In this document: positions 19,001-28,696 of the stretch, in pieces
Numbering within the stretch: the first letter of the stretch is position 1
How the letters are laid out: every line of letters begins with the position of its first letter
DNA from: a virus
Taxonomy: Duplodnaviria; Caudoviricetes
Virus record (IMG/VR): IMGVR_UViG_3300037483_000348
Location: 1,943 to 65,942 of that record
Reading direction: 5' to 3' (one strand)
DNA: 64,000 nucleotides
Program-made: the position numbers and the translations under genes
Notes under the pieces: model-generated
The model's database searches: none
What the model was told of the DNA's origin: nothing
Seen by the model: only the letters and a program-made list of their open reading frames with translations

Positions 19001-20506
19001 ATGTTCGGTCGCCGCCCCTTCGGACGCCTGCCCTTTGGCGGACGGTTCGTTCAGGCGAGCACAACACCCATATTCGAGGATAGCTGGCACCAGCCAGTCT
19101 CGGAACCGACGCGCTTTGCACTTGCGCCGGCCGCCGCGGCTTGCCTCATCAGCCTGCATTCCTTTGCGATCGACCCGAGCATTCTCACGCAGCCCGAGGC
19201 GGTCAGTCCCGACCGCTTCCATCGCGAATTGTCGGAGCCGGTCAGGTTCCGCCCCGCTCTACAGTCCGCCGATCAGCAGTTCTCGGCGTTTGTGCAGGCC
19301 GCTCCATTCGAGGAAGCGCCGCATCTTGAGGCGCATGTCCAGCCGCAGGCCGAACCCGTTCGTTTCGCACCGGCCCTGGCCACGGCGCTTCAGCAATATC
19401 AGGCTTTCGTTCAGTTCGCGCCGTTCGGCGAGGTCATCGATCTTCAGAAATGGCACCAGCCATTCTCGGAGCCGGTTCGTTACGCCCCGGCCCTGCCTGC
19501 CTACGACCAGCAGTATGAAGCCTTTGTTCAGTTCGGTCCGTTCGATCAGACACCGCTTCCCGGCTGGGTGCAGCCGCAGTCCGAGCCTATTCGTTTTCGT
19601 GCCAGTCTGCCGGCATACGATCAGCAGTTCCTTGCATTCCAGAGCTTTGCCCCGTTCGCAGAAGTTCCGGCGCCCGACAAGTTCCATCGTGATCTATCCG
19701 AGCCAACCAGGTTCGCACCGCTTCTGGCGACCGGATCGCAGCAATTCGCGGCATTTGTCGATTCCGAACCGTTCCCCGAGCGGGTTACGGCCGATCGATG
19801 GGTTCCGCCGCTCAATGAACCGGTCAGATTCCTTCCGTCGCTCGATACGGCGCATCAGCAGGCTCTTGCCTATCAGGGCTTCGAGCCGTTCGAGGAAAAG
19901 TCGCATCCCGACGCTTGGCATCCGCTGCTTAGCGAGCCGGTTCGTTTCGCGCTCTCGCTCCCGGTTCATGGCCAGCAGTTCGACGCCTTTGTTCAGTTTG
20001 CGCCGTTCGCGGAAAGTGTCAGCGCCGACCGGTGGGTTCCTCCGCTTGCCGAGCCGGTCCGCTTCGCGCTTTCCATGCCGGTCCACGGTCAGCAATTCGC
20101 GGCCTTTGTCGGCTTTGCGCCGTTTGCGGAGATCGTCTCGGCCGATCGATGGGTTCCGCCTCTATCGGAACCGACTCGTTTTGCGCCGTCACTGCCGGCA
20201 TACGAGCAGCAATTTCTCGCGTTTCAGGGGTTTTCGCCCTTCCCGGAACCGCCGCATGTCGATGCGTTCATGCAGCCGTTCAGCGATCCGGTCAGGTTCC
20301 GCGCTTCGCTGGAAGCGCGGCTTCAGCAGTTCCTCGCATGGTCCGAGTGGCCCGTTGTTCTCGTTTCGAACGACATGGAGGTCACCATCGAGATCATCCC
20401 CGAAATGACCGGAGCGAACGCCTTGCAGACCACGCTCGACAGTGGAGAGGGGGAGATCACATACGCAGCCGTGATCCGCCCGTGGTTCCTGTCGGACAGG
20501 GCCTAG
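19001..20506 (+). CDS. Tail-module protein built of 39-aa tandem repeats
   Basis: 11 (E/D)PxR(F/Y) motifs; typical codon usage; coupled to next gene. Confidence 0.75.
   Translation: MFGRRPFGRLPFGGRFVQASTTPIFEDSWHQPVSEPTRFALAPAAAACLISLHSFAIDPSILTQPEAVSPDRFHRELSEPVRFRPALQSADQQFSAFVQAAPFEEAPHLEAHVQPQAEPVRFAPALATALQQYQAFVQFAPFGEVIDLQKWHQPFSEPVRYAPALPAYDQQYEAFVQFGPFDQTPLPGWVQPQSEPIRFRASLPAYDQQFLAFQSFAPFAEVPAPDKFHRDLSEPTRFAPLLATGSQQFAAFVDSEPFPERVTADRWVPPLNEPVRFLPSLDTAHQQALAYQGFEPFEEKSHPDAWHPLLSEPVRFALSLPVHGQQFDAFVQFAPFAESVSADRWVPPLAEPVRFALSMPVHGQQFAAFVGFAPFAEIVSADRWVPPLSEPTRFAPSLPAYEQQFLAFQGFSPFPEPPHVDAFMQPFSDPVRFRASLEARLQQFLAWSEWPVVLVSNDMEVTIEIIPEMTGANALQTTLDSGEGEITYAAVIRPWFLSDRA
19217..20353 (+). 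repeat. Ten ~117-bp (39-aa) coding tandem repeats
   Basis: Consensus WxxPLSEPVRFxxxLxxxxQQFxAFxxFxPFxExxxxDx. Confidence 0.9.
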
Positions 20507-20509
20507 GCG

Positions 20510-22081
20510 ATGTTCGGCGTTCGCAAGTTCGGCACTCTGCCTTTCGGCAGATATCCCGATCCGGCCGACGGCTACATGACCGTCATCGTCAAGCAGGAAA
20601 TGACGCTGACGACGACCTACGAGATATTCGTAGCGACGCGCGAATTCATCACGGCAAACGGCGATACGCCGGCGGACCAGCCCTTCGCCGGCGTTCTCGA
20701 CCAGGCGCTGAATTTCCGACGCTCCATCTTGGGCGGGGACGGCATTTCGGGTTTCCTGCACGGGCAGGGCGAGATGATCATCCTGAACGGCGGAGAGTAC
20801 GATTTCCTGCCGCAGTTCTACGCCTTGGACGGACGCGACCAAGAAATCAGGCTCGGCAGGACCGACCTCGATTACGCGGACTGGTTCACGATCTTCAAGG
20901 GCACCGCCACGTCCTTCCATGTCGGGGAGGCCGAGTTCCGCATCGATCTGCAGGACTATGCCTACAAACTCGACGTTCCGCTGCAGACCAACGTCTATGC
21001 CGGGACGGGCGGCATCGAGGGCGGGGATGATCTGAAAGGGCGGCGCAAGCCGCGCGCCTTCGGGCATCTGAGGAACATCACGCCCGTCCTGCTCAAGGCC
21101 AACAGCCAGCTCTACCATGTCAATGACGGGCCGGTGAATGCTATTCCCGCTGTTTACGCCAATGGCGCCGCGCTTTCGGTCGGCAGCGATCATGCCGATT
21201 CAGCGACGCTTCTGGCAGCATCGGTCACCAGCGGGTTTTTCGACACCTGCATCGCCGAGGGCATGTTCCGGGTCAATTTCGTGCTCGACGGCGACGTGCT
21301 GACCTGTGACGTGGAGGGCGACACGACGGGCGGAACCTTCGCTGAAACCATCGCCACGATTGCGCGGCGCATGGTCTCGTCATCGACGGTGCTGGCCGAT
21401 CCCGGCGATCTCTATCTGCCAGCCTTCGATGCGTTCGAATTGGCGGCGCCCTACAAGGCCTGCTTCTACGCCAGCCACAATGACGATGTTTCGGTCTCCG
21501 AAGCGCTGGCCCGCATCATTGGATATGGCAACTACATCGGGTTCCGCCGGAACGGCAAGCTCGAGATCGTGCGGTTTGTCACACCGGCCAGCCCGCCAGT
21601 CATGCGGTTCGATAAGAATGATATCCGCGACATACAGCGCGAGAAGCTGCCCGACGGGCTCTATCCCCCTCCATGGCGCTGGAGGGTCGGATACGGGCGC
21701 AACTGGACCGTGCAGGACGAGGTGGCGGGTTCGGTCAGCGATGCAACGCGCGCCTTCCTCGCCGAGCAGCTGCGTTTTGCCGTGGCTGAAAGCGCCTCGA
21801 CCAAGATCAACCATCCCTTCGCGCAAGAACGCGAGGTAGGTGGATATCTCAAGGATGAGGCCGACGCGCAGGCCGAAGCCGACCGCCTTCTGGCGCTGCA
21901 TTCGGCCAGCTCGTCGCTTTACCGCTTCGCACTCGACACGCGGCCCTTCGGTCTCAACGTTGGCGAGACGGTGCATGTCACCTATCCGCGGTTCGATCTC
22001 GCCGACGGGCGCCTCTTGCGCGTCGTGTCGATCAATGAAGACGCAAAGGCCGATGCGGCCGAGATCGTGGGGTTCGGATAG
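20510..22081 (+). CDS. Tail tip / baseplate hub-like protein
   Basis: DDLKGRRKPRAFG, NITPVLL motifs; position. Confidence 0.72.
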   Translation: MFGVRKFGTLPFGRYPDPADGYMTVIVKQEMTLTTTYEIFVATREFITANGDTPADQPFAGVLDQALNFRRSILGGDGISGFLHGQGEMIILNGGEYDFLPQFYALDGRDQEIRLGRTDLDYADWFTIFKGTATSFHVGEAEFRIDLQDYAYKLDVPLQTNVYAGTGGIEGGDDLKGRRKPRAFGHLRNITPVLLKANSQLYHVNDGPVNAIPAVYANGAALSVGSDHADSATLLAASVTSGFFDTCIAEGMFRVNFVLDGDVLTCDVEGDTTGGTFAETIATIARRMVSSSTVLADPGDLYLPAFDAFELAAPYKACFYASHNDDVSVSEALARIIGYGNYIGFRRNGKLEIVRFVTPASPPVMRFDKNDIRDIQREKLPDGLYPPPWRWRVGYGRNWTVQDEVAGSVSDATRAFLAEQLRFAVAESASTKINHPFAQEREVGGYLKDEADAQAEADRLLALHSASSSLYRFALDTRPFGLNVGETVHVTYPRFDLADGRLLRVVSINEDAKADAAEIVGFG

Positions 22082-22834
22082 ATGCCCGCCGCTGTCGTCC
22101 ATACAAACCTCGCGGACTCCGCCACGATCACCGCATCGTCGAGCCTGCTTTTGGCGCAGCCGCAGCGGGTCCAGAACGAGCATGTCTCGCGCGCCTGGCG
22201 CTCGCAGCTGCCTACATCCTACCTGATCTTCGATCTGGGCTCGGCGCTCTCGATCGACACCGTCGCGATGATCGGGATCACGGCTTCAACGATCCGGTGC
22301 AGGATCTCCGCAACGGACGATACCGGCGTCACGGGCGAGCTTTATGACAGCACCGTCGTCAATGTCGATCAGGACTATCTGCAGGCCATCTTCGCGCTGG
22401 GCTCGGCTGTTTCGGGGCGCTACATCCGCATCGACCTGACGCACTCGACGCTTACCTACACCGAGATCGGCCGCGCCGTGATCGGGCTGCGCTCGGCATT
22501 CACCACGAATTTCTCCTATGGCTGGGGCCGGACCTTCATCGATCCGAGCCAGCGCACAAAGACGCGCGGCCAGCTGACGCAAATCACGGCTGAACGAAGC
22601 TATCGCCTGATCGAACTGCCCTTCGACTGGATCGATGAGGCGGATCGCTACGGCTTTGTGGAGACCATCGATCGGGTCAACGGGCTCAAGACCGACGTGC
22701 TGATGCTATTCGACACCGACAGCGCCAACCTGCCGCGTGACACGATCTGGGGCCTGATCACCGACGCCACGCCGGTCAACCAGCCCTTCTTCGACATCTT
22801 TTCCAAGAATTACCGCATCGAGGAGCGCCGCTAG
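22082..22834 (+). CDS. Tail tip protein
   Basis: NFSYGWGRTFIDPS motif; coupled ORF. Confidence 0.65.
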   Translation: MPAAVVHTNLADSATITASSSLLLAQPQRVQNEHVSRAWRSQLPTSYLIFDLGSALSIDTVAMIGITASTIRCRISATDDTGVTGELYDSTVVNVDQDYLQAIFALGSAVSGRYIRIDLTHSTLTYTEIGRAVIGLRSAFTTNFSYGWGRTFIDPSQRTKTRGQLTQITAERSYRLIELPFDWIDEADRYGFVETIDRVNGLKTDVLMLFDTDSANLPRDTIWGLITDATPVNQPFFDIFSKNYRIEERR

Positions 22835-24238
22835 ATGGCCCACTACGAAGCCCTGCCGCACGTTGCCGAAGTATCCACGTCCGAAGGCACGAACGACTTT
22901 GAGCTTGCCGGCGCGGTCGATGACAGCCGCGCCTTCAGCGACGTCCTTGCCAACGGCGACACAGTGGCCGTCTCGGCCTATCTGGTGACGGGTGGTGGGC
23001 TGGAATGGGAAGACGGCATCTACACCTACAATTCCGGCACCGGAAAGCTTGAGCGCACCACTGTTCTGGAAAGCTCCAACGCCGACGCCAAGGTGTCGTT
23101 CTCCGCAGGCACAAAGACGCTGGTGTCGACACCGCTGGCCAAGCGCTATCGGCAGATGGTCAGCGCCGGCTATGCTCAATCCCTTACCGAAGCCGAGAAG
23201 CTGCAGGCACGTGAGAATATCGGCGTTGCGCTCGATTCCCGCAGCAATCGCATCGTCAATGGCGGTATGGAGATCGGCCAACAGAATGGCACGTCGTCCG
23301 GCACCTCAACAGCCTATTACGGTGCGGACCAATGGTCGACGAACTTCGTCACCTCGGCCGGTACGATCACGACTCAGCGGGTTCTTAGCGCAAGCCCGGC
23401 CAGTTCGCGCTATCGGTATCGCGTTACGATTACCACGGCCGACGCTTCGCTGGCGGCTGGCGAGTTTCTGGCGATCACGCAGAACCTCGCAGGCGTCAAC
23501 GTATCTGATTTCCTGTATGGAGAGGCGTCGGCCAAGGATGCTGTTTTGCGCTTTGGCTTCAAGGGGCCGGCCGGCACCTATGCCGTTGCGGTACGCAATT
23601 CGGATGCGAACCGGACCTTCATTGCCGAGTTCACAATATCGGGTGGTGAGGCAAACACCGATACTGTGCAGGAAATCGCTATTACTGGCGACACGACTGG
23701 CACTTGGCTGATCGGTGATGGAGTCATCGGGCTGACGCTCGATATTGTTCTGGCGGCGGGTTCAACGTTCCAGGGCTCGGCTGGCTGGAACGCGGGGCTT
23801 TATCGCGGCACGTCATCGACGTCGAACGGCATGGCCACCATCAATGATGTCTTTGAACTGTTCGACGTTGGCCTCAAGATCGATCCCGATGCGACTGGCG
23901 AATACGGTCTTTATGAGCATCCTACCGCCGATCTGGAAATACAGCGGTGCCGAGACTTCTTCGTCTACGTGAACGGTGCAACATCGTCGACGGCGGATGA
24001 GCGCATACTAGTACGGGCACCCACCACGATCACCGGCGGCATCGGCTACGGATGGATTTCGTTCGGCCGAAAGATGAGTAGGGCGCCCGTTATTACCCTG
24101 AATAATGCGACGGTTACAAATGGTAGCGGCGCAGCCGCCCAGGACGCTAGTCGATGGGGGTTCAACATAAGGTTTGACCCAAGCACTGGTTCGGCGTCGG
24201 TCATTTTTGGCTACACCGCCAATGCGCGGCTGGCGTAA
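22835..24238 (+). CDS. Tail fibre / receptor-binding protein
   Basis: AQSLTEAEKLQARENIG fibre repeat, NRIVNGGMEI, LEIQRCRDFF motifs. Confidence 0.8.
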   Translation: MAHYEALPHVAEVSTSEGTNDFELAGAVDDSRAFSDVLANGDTVAVSAYLVTGGGLEWEDGIYTYNSGTGKLERTTVLESSNADAKVSFSAGTKTLVSTPLAKRYRQMVSAGYAQSLTEAEKLQARENIGVALDSRSNRIVNGGMEIGQQNGTSSGTSTAYYGADQWSTNFVTSAGTITTQRVLSASPASSRYRYRVTITTADASLAAGEFLAITQNLAGVNVSDFLYGEASAKDAVLRFGFKGPAGTYAVAVRNSDANRTFIAEFTISGGEANTDTVQEIAITGDTTGTWLIGDGVIGLTLDIVLAAGSTFQGSAGWNAGLYRGTSSTSNGMATINDVFELFDVGLKIDPDATGEYGLYEHPTADLEIQRCRDFFVYVNGATSSTADERILVRAPTTITGGIGYGWISFGRKMSRAPVITLNNATVTNGSGAAAQDASRWGFNIRFDPSTGSASVIFGYTANARLA

Positions 24239-24242
24239 TCTG

Positions 24243-25652
24243 ATGTCTTTTACAGTCGCGCTCGACCCGAATAATTCACCCGCCAAGAACAAGCTGGAAA
24301 TCGAGAAGGCTCTTTCCGGTTTCGACGGCAGTGGTGGTGAGATACGCCTTCCTCGCTCTAAAGAACCATTTCCTTGTGATCCAGGCATTGTATGGCCTAC
24401 GCAGAAGAACATCACTCTCATAGGAGAGGGACGGGCGGATGCCTATGAGGCGTCCTATGCTGGCACGAAGCTGAAATTCACAGCGGGCACGACTGCGTTC
24501 GACTTTTCGTCTTTCCTTCCATTCTCCGGCTCTGGTCCGCACGCTGCAATCGAGAACATTGCGTTCGATGGCGACCGCGTTTGCAACTTCGGCTTGAAGG
24601 TGTACGGCAATGTCAGTTTGAAGCACCTGCACGTCACAAAATTCAATACGGTGGGCATCCATTACGCGGACTGGATCAATTCGTCCTCGATGGAACATAT
24701 TTCAACAGTCGGGAACGATGGCCACGGAGTGTTGATCGGCGGTTACGGTGCGCTGAAAAACACTCCCTTCAGTATGCGTTGGCTCAGAAGCCGTTCAAAT
24801 GGCGGCATAGGACTTGTCCTCAGAAACGCTATGCACTTCTCCGGCTATGATGGCATTATCGAAAGTAATGCTGGCGGTGGTATCGACATATATCGCCCAG
24901 CAAGCACCAATCTTATTGGGTGCGCCCTCCACGAATACTGGCTGGAGAATAATCTGCTAGGCGCAGCAGGATACTCTCTGACCATTGATGGTGACGCTCC
25001 GCCAGAGCTTTTCAGATTCATAGGCGGTGGTATAAGTGCAGGCAGCTTGACTAAAGCCGCGTTGATTAACAACGCTGACACGGTCCTTTTCGATAGCGTG
25101 GAGTTCACTGGCTCCGGTCATGTCGATATCGGCCCCAACGCATCGGCAATCGGGTTTCTGGACTGTCGCGGTCATGTTCTTAACGGCAACACCGCTGCCA
25201 CTTGGGACAAGTCGCGCATGCAGCTTGCCACTGGCAGCAGCGGCGGCGGCGGGGGTGGGCCAACTGTAGCGTTCCACGCTCATAAGGGTGGCGCAAATCA
25301 GACAGTGCAGGCGAATAACACCGAAAAGGTCACCTTCCCTGTCGAGGTGTTCGACACCAACAGCAATTTCGCCAACAGCCGTTTCACGCCGACCGTCGCC
25401 GGCCCCTACGCTATTTCGGCTTCTGTGAAGGCGGCTGTCAACTCGCACTGTCGCGTTTTCATCTACAGGAACGGACAGTACCTGATGGAGGCGACCATTT
25501 ATGGAAATGGTTCTCCGACCGCAACTGCAACCGCCACTATCTGGATGAACGGGTCAACCGACTATCTGGAAGTATACGCGGTCTGCGCGTCTGGCACGAC
25601 TATTTACGGCGGGGCCGGTGATACATATTTCTCCGGCGCTCTGGTTGGATAA
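24243..25652 (+). CDS. Tailspike-like beta-helix depolymerase with C-terminal C1q-like domain
   Basis: Pectin-lyase-like G/N-rich rungs, poly-Gly linker, VAFHA...FDTNSNF...FTPTVAGPY C1q pattern; lower GC. Confidence 0.72.
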   Translation: MSFTVALDPNNSPAKNKLEIEKALSGFDGSGGEIRLPRSKEPFPCDPGIVWPTQKNITLIGEGRADAYEASYAGTKLKFTAGTTAFDFSSFLPFSGSGPHAAIENIAFDGDRVCNFGLKVYGNVSLKHLHVTKFNTVGIHYADWINSSSMEHISTVGNDGHGVLIGGYGALKNTPFSMRWLRSRSNGGIGLVLRNAMHFSGYDGIIESNAGGGIDIYRPASTNLIGCALHEYWLENNLLGAAGYSLTIDGDAPPELFRFIGGGISAGSLTKAALINNADTVLFDSVEFTGSGHVDIGPNASAIGFLDCRGHVLNGNTAATWDKSRMQLATGSSGGGGGGPTVAFHAHKGGANQTVQANNTEKVTFPVEVFDTNSNFANSRFTPTVAGPYAISASVKAAVNSHCRVFIYRNGQYLMEATIYGNGSPTATATATIWMNGSTDYLEVYAVCASGTTIYGGAGDTYFSGALVG

Positions 25653-25673
25653 TCGCTGAAGATATGCTATGTC
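25645..25673 (+). promoter_or_regulatory. Putative moron promoter
   Basis: TTGGAT-N17-TATGTC with TG extension. Confidence 0.4.
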
Positions 25674-25712
25674 TTTTCATAACCTGTTTCCGCACAAAGG
25701 GAGACGCGGGAG

Positions 25713-26045
25713 ATGAAACGCCGTTCATTCTTGACATTGATTGGGCTTGCCCCCGTTGCTGCGACGGCAACGGAGCTACCCCAGCGCGAGCAAGAGCCGC
25801 TTAACGAGACGCTGTTCGACTGGGGACAGGTGCAGTGGATGCCAATCCTGTACGCCCCGAAAGACGGAAGGCGGCTAACGGCTCGCGATTACGGGGGGAA
25901 CCAGGCAGAGGTCGTTTTCGACGGCCGCAATTGGATCACCGACTATGACGGCCTTATGTCGTGCATGAGCGGGCAATGCTTCCCCGCCGTTTATTATCTT
26001 GTTCGCGACCAACAGTTGAAGATCGTTTCGCGCGATCTAGGCTAG
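25713..26045 (+). CDS. Hypothetical protein with twin-arginine-like N-terminus
   Basis: MKRRSFLTLIGLAPVAATA; WMPILYAPKDG (DUF551-like). Confidence 0.55.
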   Translation: MKRRSFLTLIGLAPVAATATELPQREQEPLNETLFDWGQVQWMPILYAPKDGRRLTARDYGGNQAEVVFDGRNWITDYDGLMSCMSGQCFPAVYYLVRDQQLKIVSRDLG

Positions 26046-26157
26046 CTCTACTCTCTTGCCACCCTGAGCGCCTTTAGCATCCCGCTCATATAGCAAACCC
26101 TTCAATCTTTCGCACCTCTTTAAACCACTCTGCCGGTAACGGCGGAAGGAGAACGCT

Positions 26158-27087
26158 ATGACATGGCGACTAGCCAAAAGCCTCGAAACCCTGCGCTCGC
26201 AGGTCAACAAGGCATCCCCCAATCGATCGAAGGCCAGCGACGGCACGATAGGCGACGCTGCCCACGCCTCGCGGTCATCGGATCACAACCCGCATGTCCG
26301 GGATGGCTCCATGGGCGTCGTGACGGCCCTCGATATCACTCACGATCCCGCGCATGGCGTCGATATCCAGAAGCTTGCCGATGCGCTTGTGGCGTCGAGA
26401 GACAGCCGGATCAAATACATCATCTGCAACGGCAATATCGTATCCGGTTCTGGCCAGTCCAAGCCCGCGTGGAAATGGCGGCCCTACAGCGGTTCGAACA
26501 AGCACACCAAGCACGTTCATTTCTCGGTCAAGGGCACAAAGGCGCTTTACGATTCGACTAAGCCTTGGCGGTTCGATGGCTCCGATATTTCCGAGGTCAC
26601 GCCATCCGACAGTATCATGAAGCGCGGCGCGAAGGGGCCGTTCGTCAAGGAATTGCAGATCAACCTTATCAAGCTGGGCCACGGCCCGCTAGAGGATGAC
26701 GGCGTCTTCGGCGAAAAGACAGAGCGCGCCGTGAAGGCGTTCCAGCGCAACGCCGGACTGACCCCGGATGGCTGGGCAGGACCGCGCACTATCGATGCCA
26801 TCGGCGCGGCAGTGGCCGACAAGGCGTCGAAGCCCAAGATCAAAGCGGCGCAAAAGTCCGTGCCCGAGACGGCCGACGACGAGGTGAAGGAAAGTACCAA
26901 CTGGCTTCAGGGCATCATCGGCTTTTTCACCGGCGGCGGCGGGCTGGGAACCATGCTCTACGGCGTTGAATGGCAGGTGGTGGTGACGATCCTGGCCGTC
27001 GGGCTGGTGGCTGCGATCATCATCTATCTGTTCCGCCGCAGGCTGATTGCCGCCTTCCGCGAGATCAATGCGGGGGTAAGGCGCTGA
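26158..27087 (+). CDS. Endolysin: Zn-peptidase-like domain, PG-binding domain and C-terminal TM segments
   Basis: SDHNP...ALDI...HTKHVHFS; DGVFGEKTERAVKAFQ...DGWAGPRT; hydrophobic tail. Confidence 0.85.
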   Translation: MTWRLAKSLETLRSQVNKASPNRSKASDGTIGDAAHASRSSDHNPHVRDGSMGVVTALDITHDPAHGVDIQKLADALVASRDSRIKYIICNGNIVSGSGQSKPAWKWRPYSGSNKHTKHVHFSVKGTKALYDSTKPWRFDGSDISEVTPSDSIMKRGAKGPFVKELQINLIKLGHGPLEDDGVFGEKTERAVKAFQRNAGLTPDGWAGPRTIDAIGAAVADKASKPKIKAAQKSVPETADDEVKESTNWLQGIIGFFTGGGGLGTMLYGVEWQVVVTILAVGLVAAIIIYLFRRRLIAAFREINAGVRR

Positions 27088-27359
27088 TGTTCGGTCTCAA
27101 CTATCTCTCTGCCGGCGCGGGAGCCGCCGCGGCCGCCGTCGTTACCTTCGGCGTGCTTCAGACCTACACGACGCTGGTGATCGTCCCTGCGGTCAAGAAG
27201 GAGACGCGAGCTCTGGTCAATGCCGAGGCTCGCGAACGGGCATTTGAGCTCATCGAAAAACGAGGCGAAGACAATGCTGAAATTAGCGCTTTCGATATGG
27301 CTGATCTCTGCCGCGAGTTGGGCGGTGTCTGGGTGCTCGCCGACGACCGCTGCGATTGA
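27087..27359 (+). CDS. Inner-membrane spanin (Rz-like)
   Basis: N-terminal TM plus helical region; overlaps lipoprotein gene. Confidence 0.6.
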   Translation: MFGLNYLSAGAGAAAAAVVTFGVLQTYTTLVIVPAVKKETRALVNAEARERAFELIEKRGEDNAEISAFDMADLCRELGGVWVLADDRCD

Positions 27360-27492
27360 GGGTGCGGGGTTTTCCCTGCTCGAGCCCTCGCCTGAGACCC
27401 GGGCGTTCATCATCGCCAACGACCGGCCCTTCGCCGAGGATGTGGCGGGCAACAATCGCGCCTGCCGCCGCTCCCCGGCCTGCCAGAAATGA
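27274..27492 (+). CDS. Outer-membrane spanin lipoprotein (Rz1-like)
   Basis: Lipobox VSGC; overlaps upstream gene in another frame. Confidence 0.65.
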   Translation: MLKLALSIWLISAASWAVSGCSPTTAAIEGAGFSLLEPSPETRAFIIANDRPFAEDVAGNNRACRRSPACQK

Positions 27493-27572
27493 GCTGGGGC
27501 GTCGGCATCTTCGTCGCGGCGCTCGCCGTCGCCGGCATCTGGCTGACGGTCGGCGCGCCGGGGCTGCTGTGA
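27489..27572 (+). CDS. 27-aa single-TM peptide
   Basis: ATGA coupling; MSWGVGIFVAALAVAGIWLTVGAPGLL. Confidence 0.4.
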   Translation: MSWGVGIFVAALAVAGIWLTVGAPGLL

Positions 27573-27597
27573 GCTGCAGCGAGGGGAGCCAATAGCG

Positions 27598-27891
27598 ATG
27601 TCTGAAATCAAAACCGAGCCGGTTCGAGCACAACGTTTTGACGACATCGACGACGTCGACAAGCATCCGGGCGCCTTTGAGTACTACAAGGACGGCGCTC
27701 GCTATCCGGCCGGCATGATCTATTCGTGCCCGTGCGGGTGCGGCGCCCGCGGTAGCCTTGCCTTCCGCCCGCACGCTTCGCCCTCTTGGGAGTGGGACGG
27801 CAACACGGAGGCTCCGACACTGAAGCCCTCCGTCCACCATGTCGGCCATTGGCATGGCTGGCTGACCAATGGCGTGTGGAAGTCATGCTGA
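27598..27891 (+). CDS. DUF6527-like protein
   Basis: CPCGCG and PTLKPSV...HWHGWL motifs. Confidence 0.7.
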   Translation: MSEIKTEPVRAQRFDDIDDVDKHPGAFEYYKDGARYPAGMIYSCPCGCGARGSLAFRPHASPSWEWDGNTEAPTLKPSVHHVGHWHGWLTNGVWKSC

Positions 27892-27958
27892 TGGCTGACT
27901 GCGGGTAAAGGAGCCAATAGCAGTGCATGTTTGACACCAACACTGAAAGGAATTCCTC

Positions 27959-28150
27959 ATGGAAAGCGCCTTGATCAACCTGTTCATATTCTGCTTTGTC
28001 GTCCTGCTCGTCGCGGCAATAACCATCATGCTCATCCGCCGGGCGCCGTTCATCGAGTCGCCTTTCAAGGGGTGGCTGGTTTATGCCGTCTACTTCTTCG
28101 CTGGCGTGCTCGTCATCTTCCGGCTGCTGGGCTTCATTGGCGTCGGCTGA
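27959..28150 (+). CDS. Small two-TM membrane protein (holin candidate)
   Basis: Two hydrophobic helices in lysis cassette. Confidence 0.55.
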   Translation: MESALINLFIFCFVVLLVAAITIMLIRRAPFIESPFKGWLVYAVYFFAGVLVIFRLLGFIGVG

Positions 28151-28151
28151 C

Positions 28152-28562
28152 ATGACCGAGACCGGAGTTGGCAAGGTCGTCGATCCGACCAAAAACGTCC
28201 TCGATCTTGTCGAGGCCGAGAGCCACCGCCAGGACGGTCTGCGCGAGGCGGAGAGCAAGTTTCAGAACGCGATGCGAGACGCCGAAACGCGACGGCTGCG
28301 CGACCTCGCGGATCTGACCGTGAGGTATCAGGCGATCATCGAGCAGATGCGGCAGACCTCGCTGGACAGCACCTCGACGCTGCTGGCGACGCAGCTCAAG
28401 GAGACAAAGAACGACCTGTCGGATCGCATGTCCAAGCAGGAGCAGTTTCGCTGGGAGACCGGCGGACGGGGCACCGGCCGCTCCGACTTTCTGGGCTGGA
28501 TCGTCGCCGCTGTCGTGATCGCCGGATTTCTGTTCACCTACTTGGCAGACAAAGCTCCATAG
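28152..28562 (+). CDS. Coiled-coil protein with C-terminal TM
   Basis: ATG at 28152 directly after upstream stop. Confidence 0.55.
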   Translation: MTETGVGKVVDPTKNVLDLVEAESHRQDGLREAESKFQNAMRDAETRRLRDLADLTVRYQAIIEQMRQTSLDSTSTLLATQLKETKNDLSDRMSKQEQFRWETGGRGTGRSDFLGWIVAAVVIAGFLFTYLADKAP

Positions 28563-28696
28563 AAGCAGCGGGCCGGCGGCGTGTTGAAGCACGACCGCCA
28601 GCCCTGACCGGGACGGCCTTCACGCGACCGCCACGGCTGGGAACAAGCATACCCCGCCTGTGGTTCATCTATTATGAACAAAAGGCAGGGGATGGA

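Noticed and set aside
22835-25652. Diversity-generating retroelement acting on the fibre genes
   Set aside because: No reverse transcriptase in the window and no adenine-mismatched template/variable repeat pair seen
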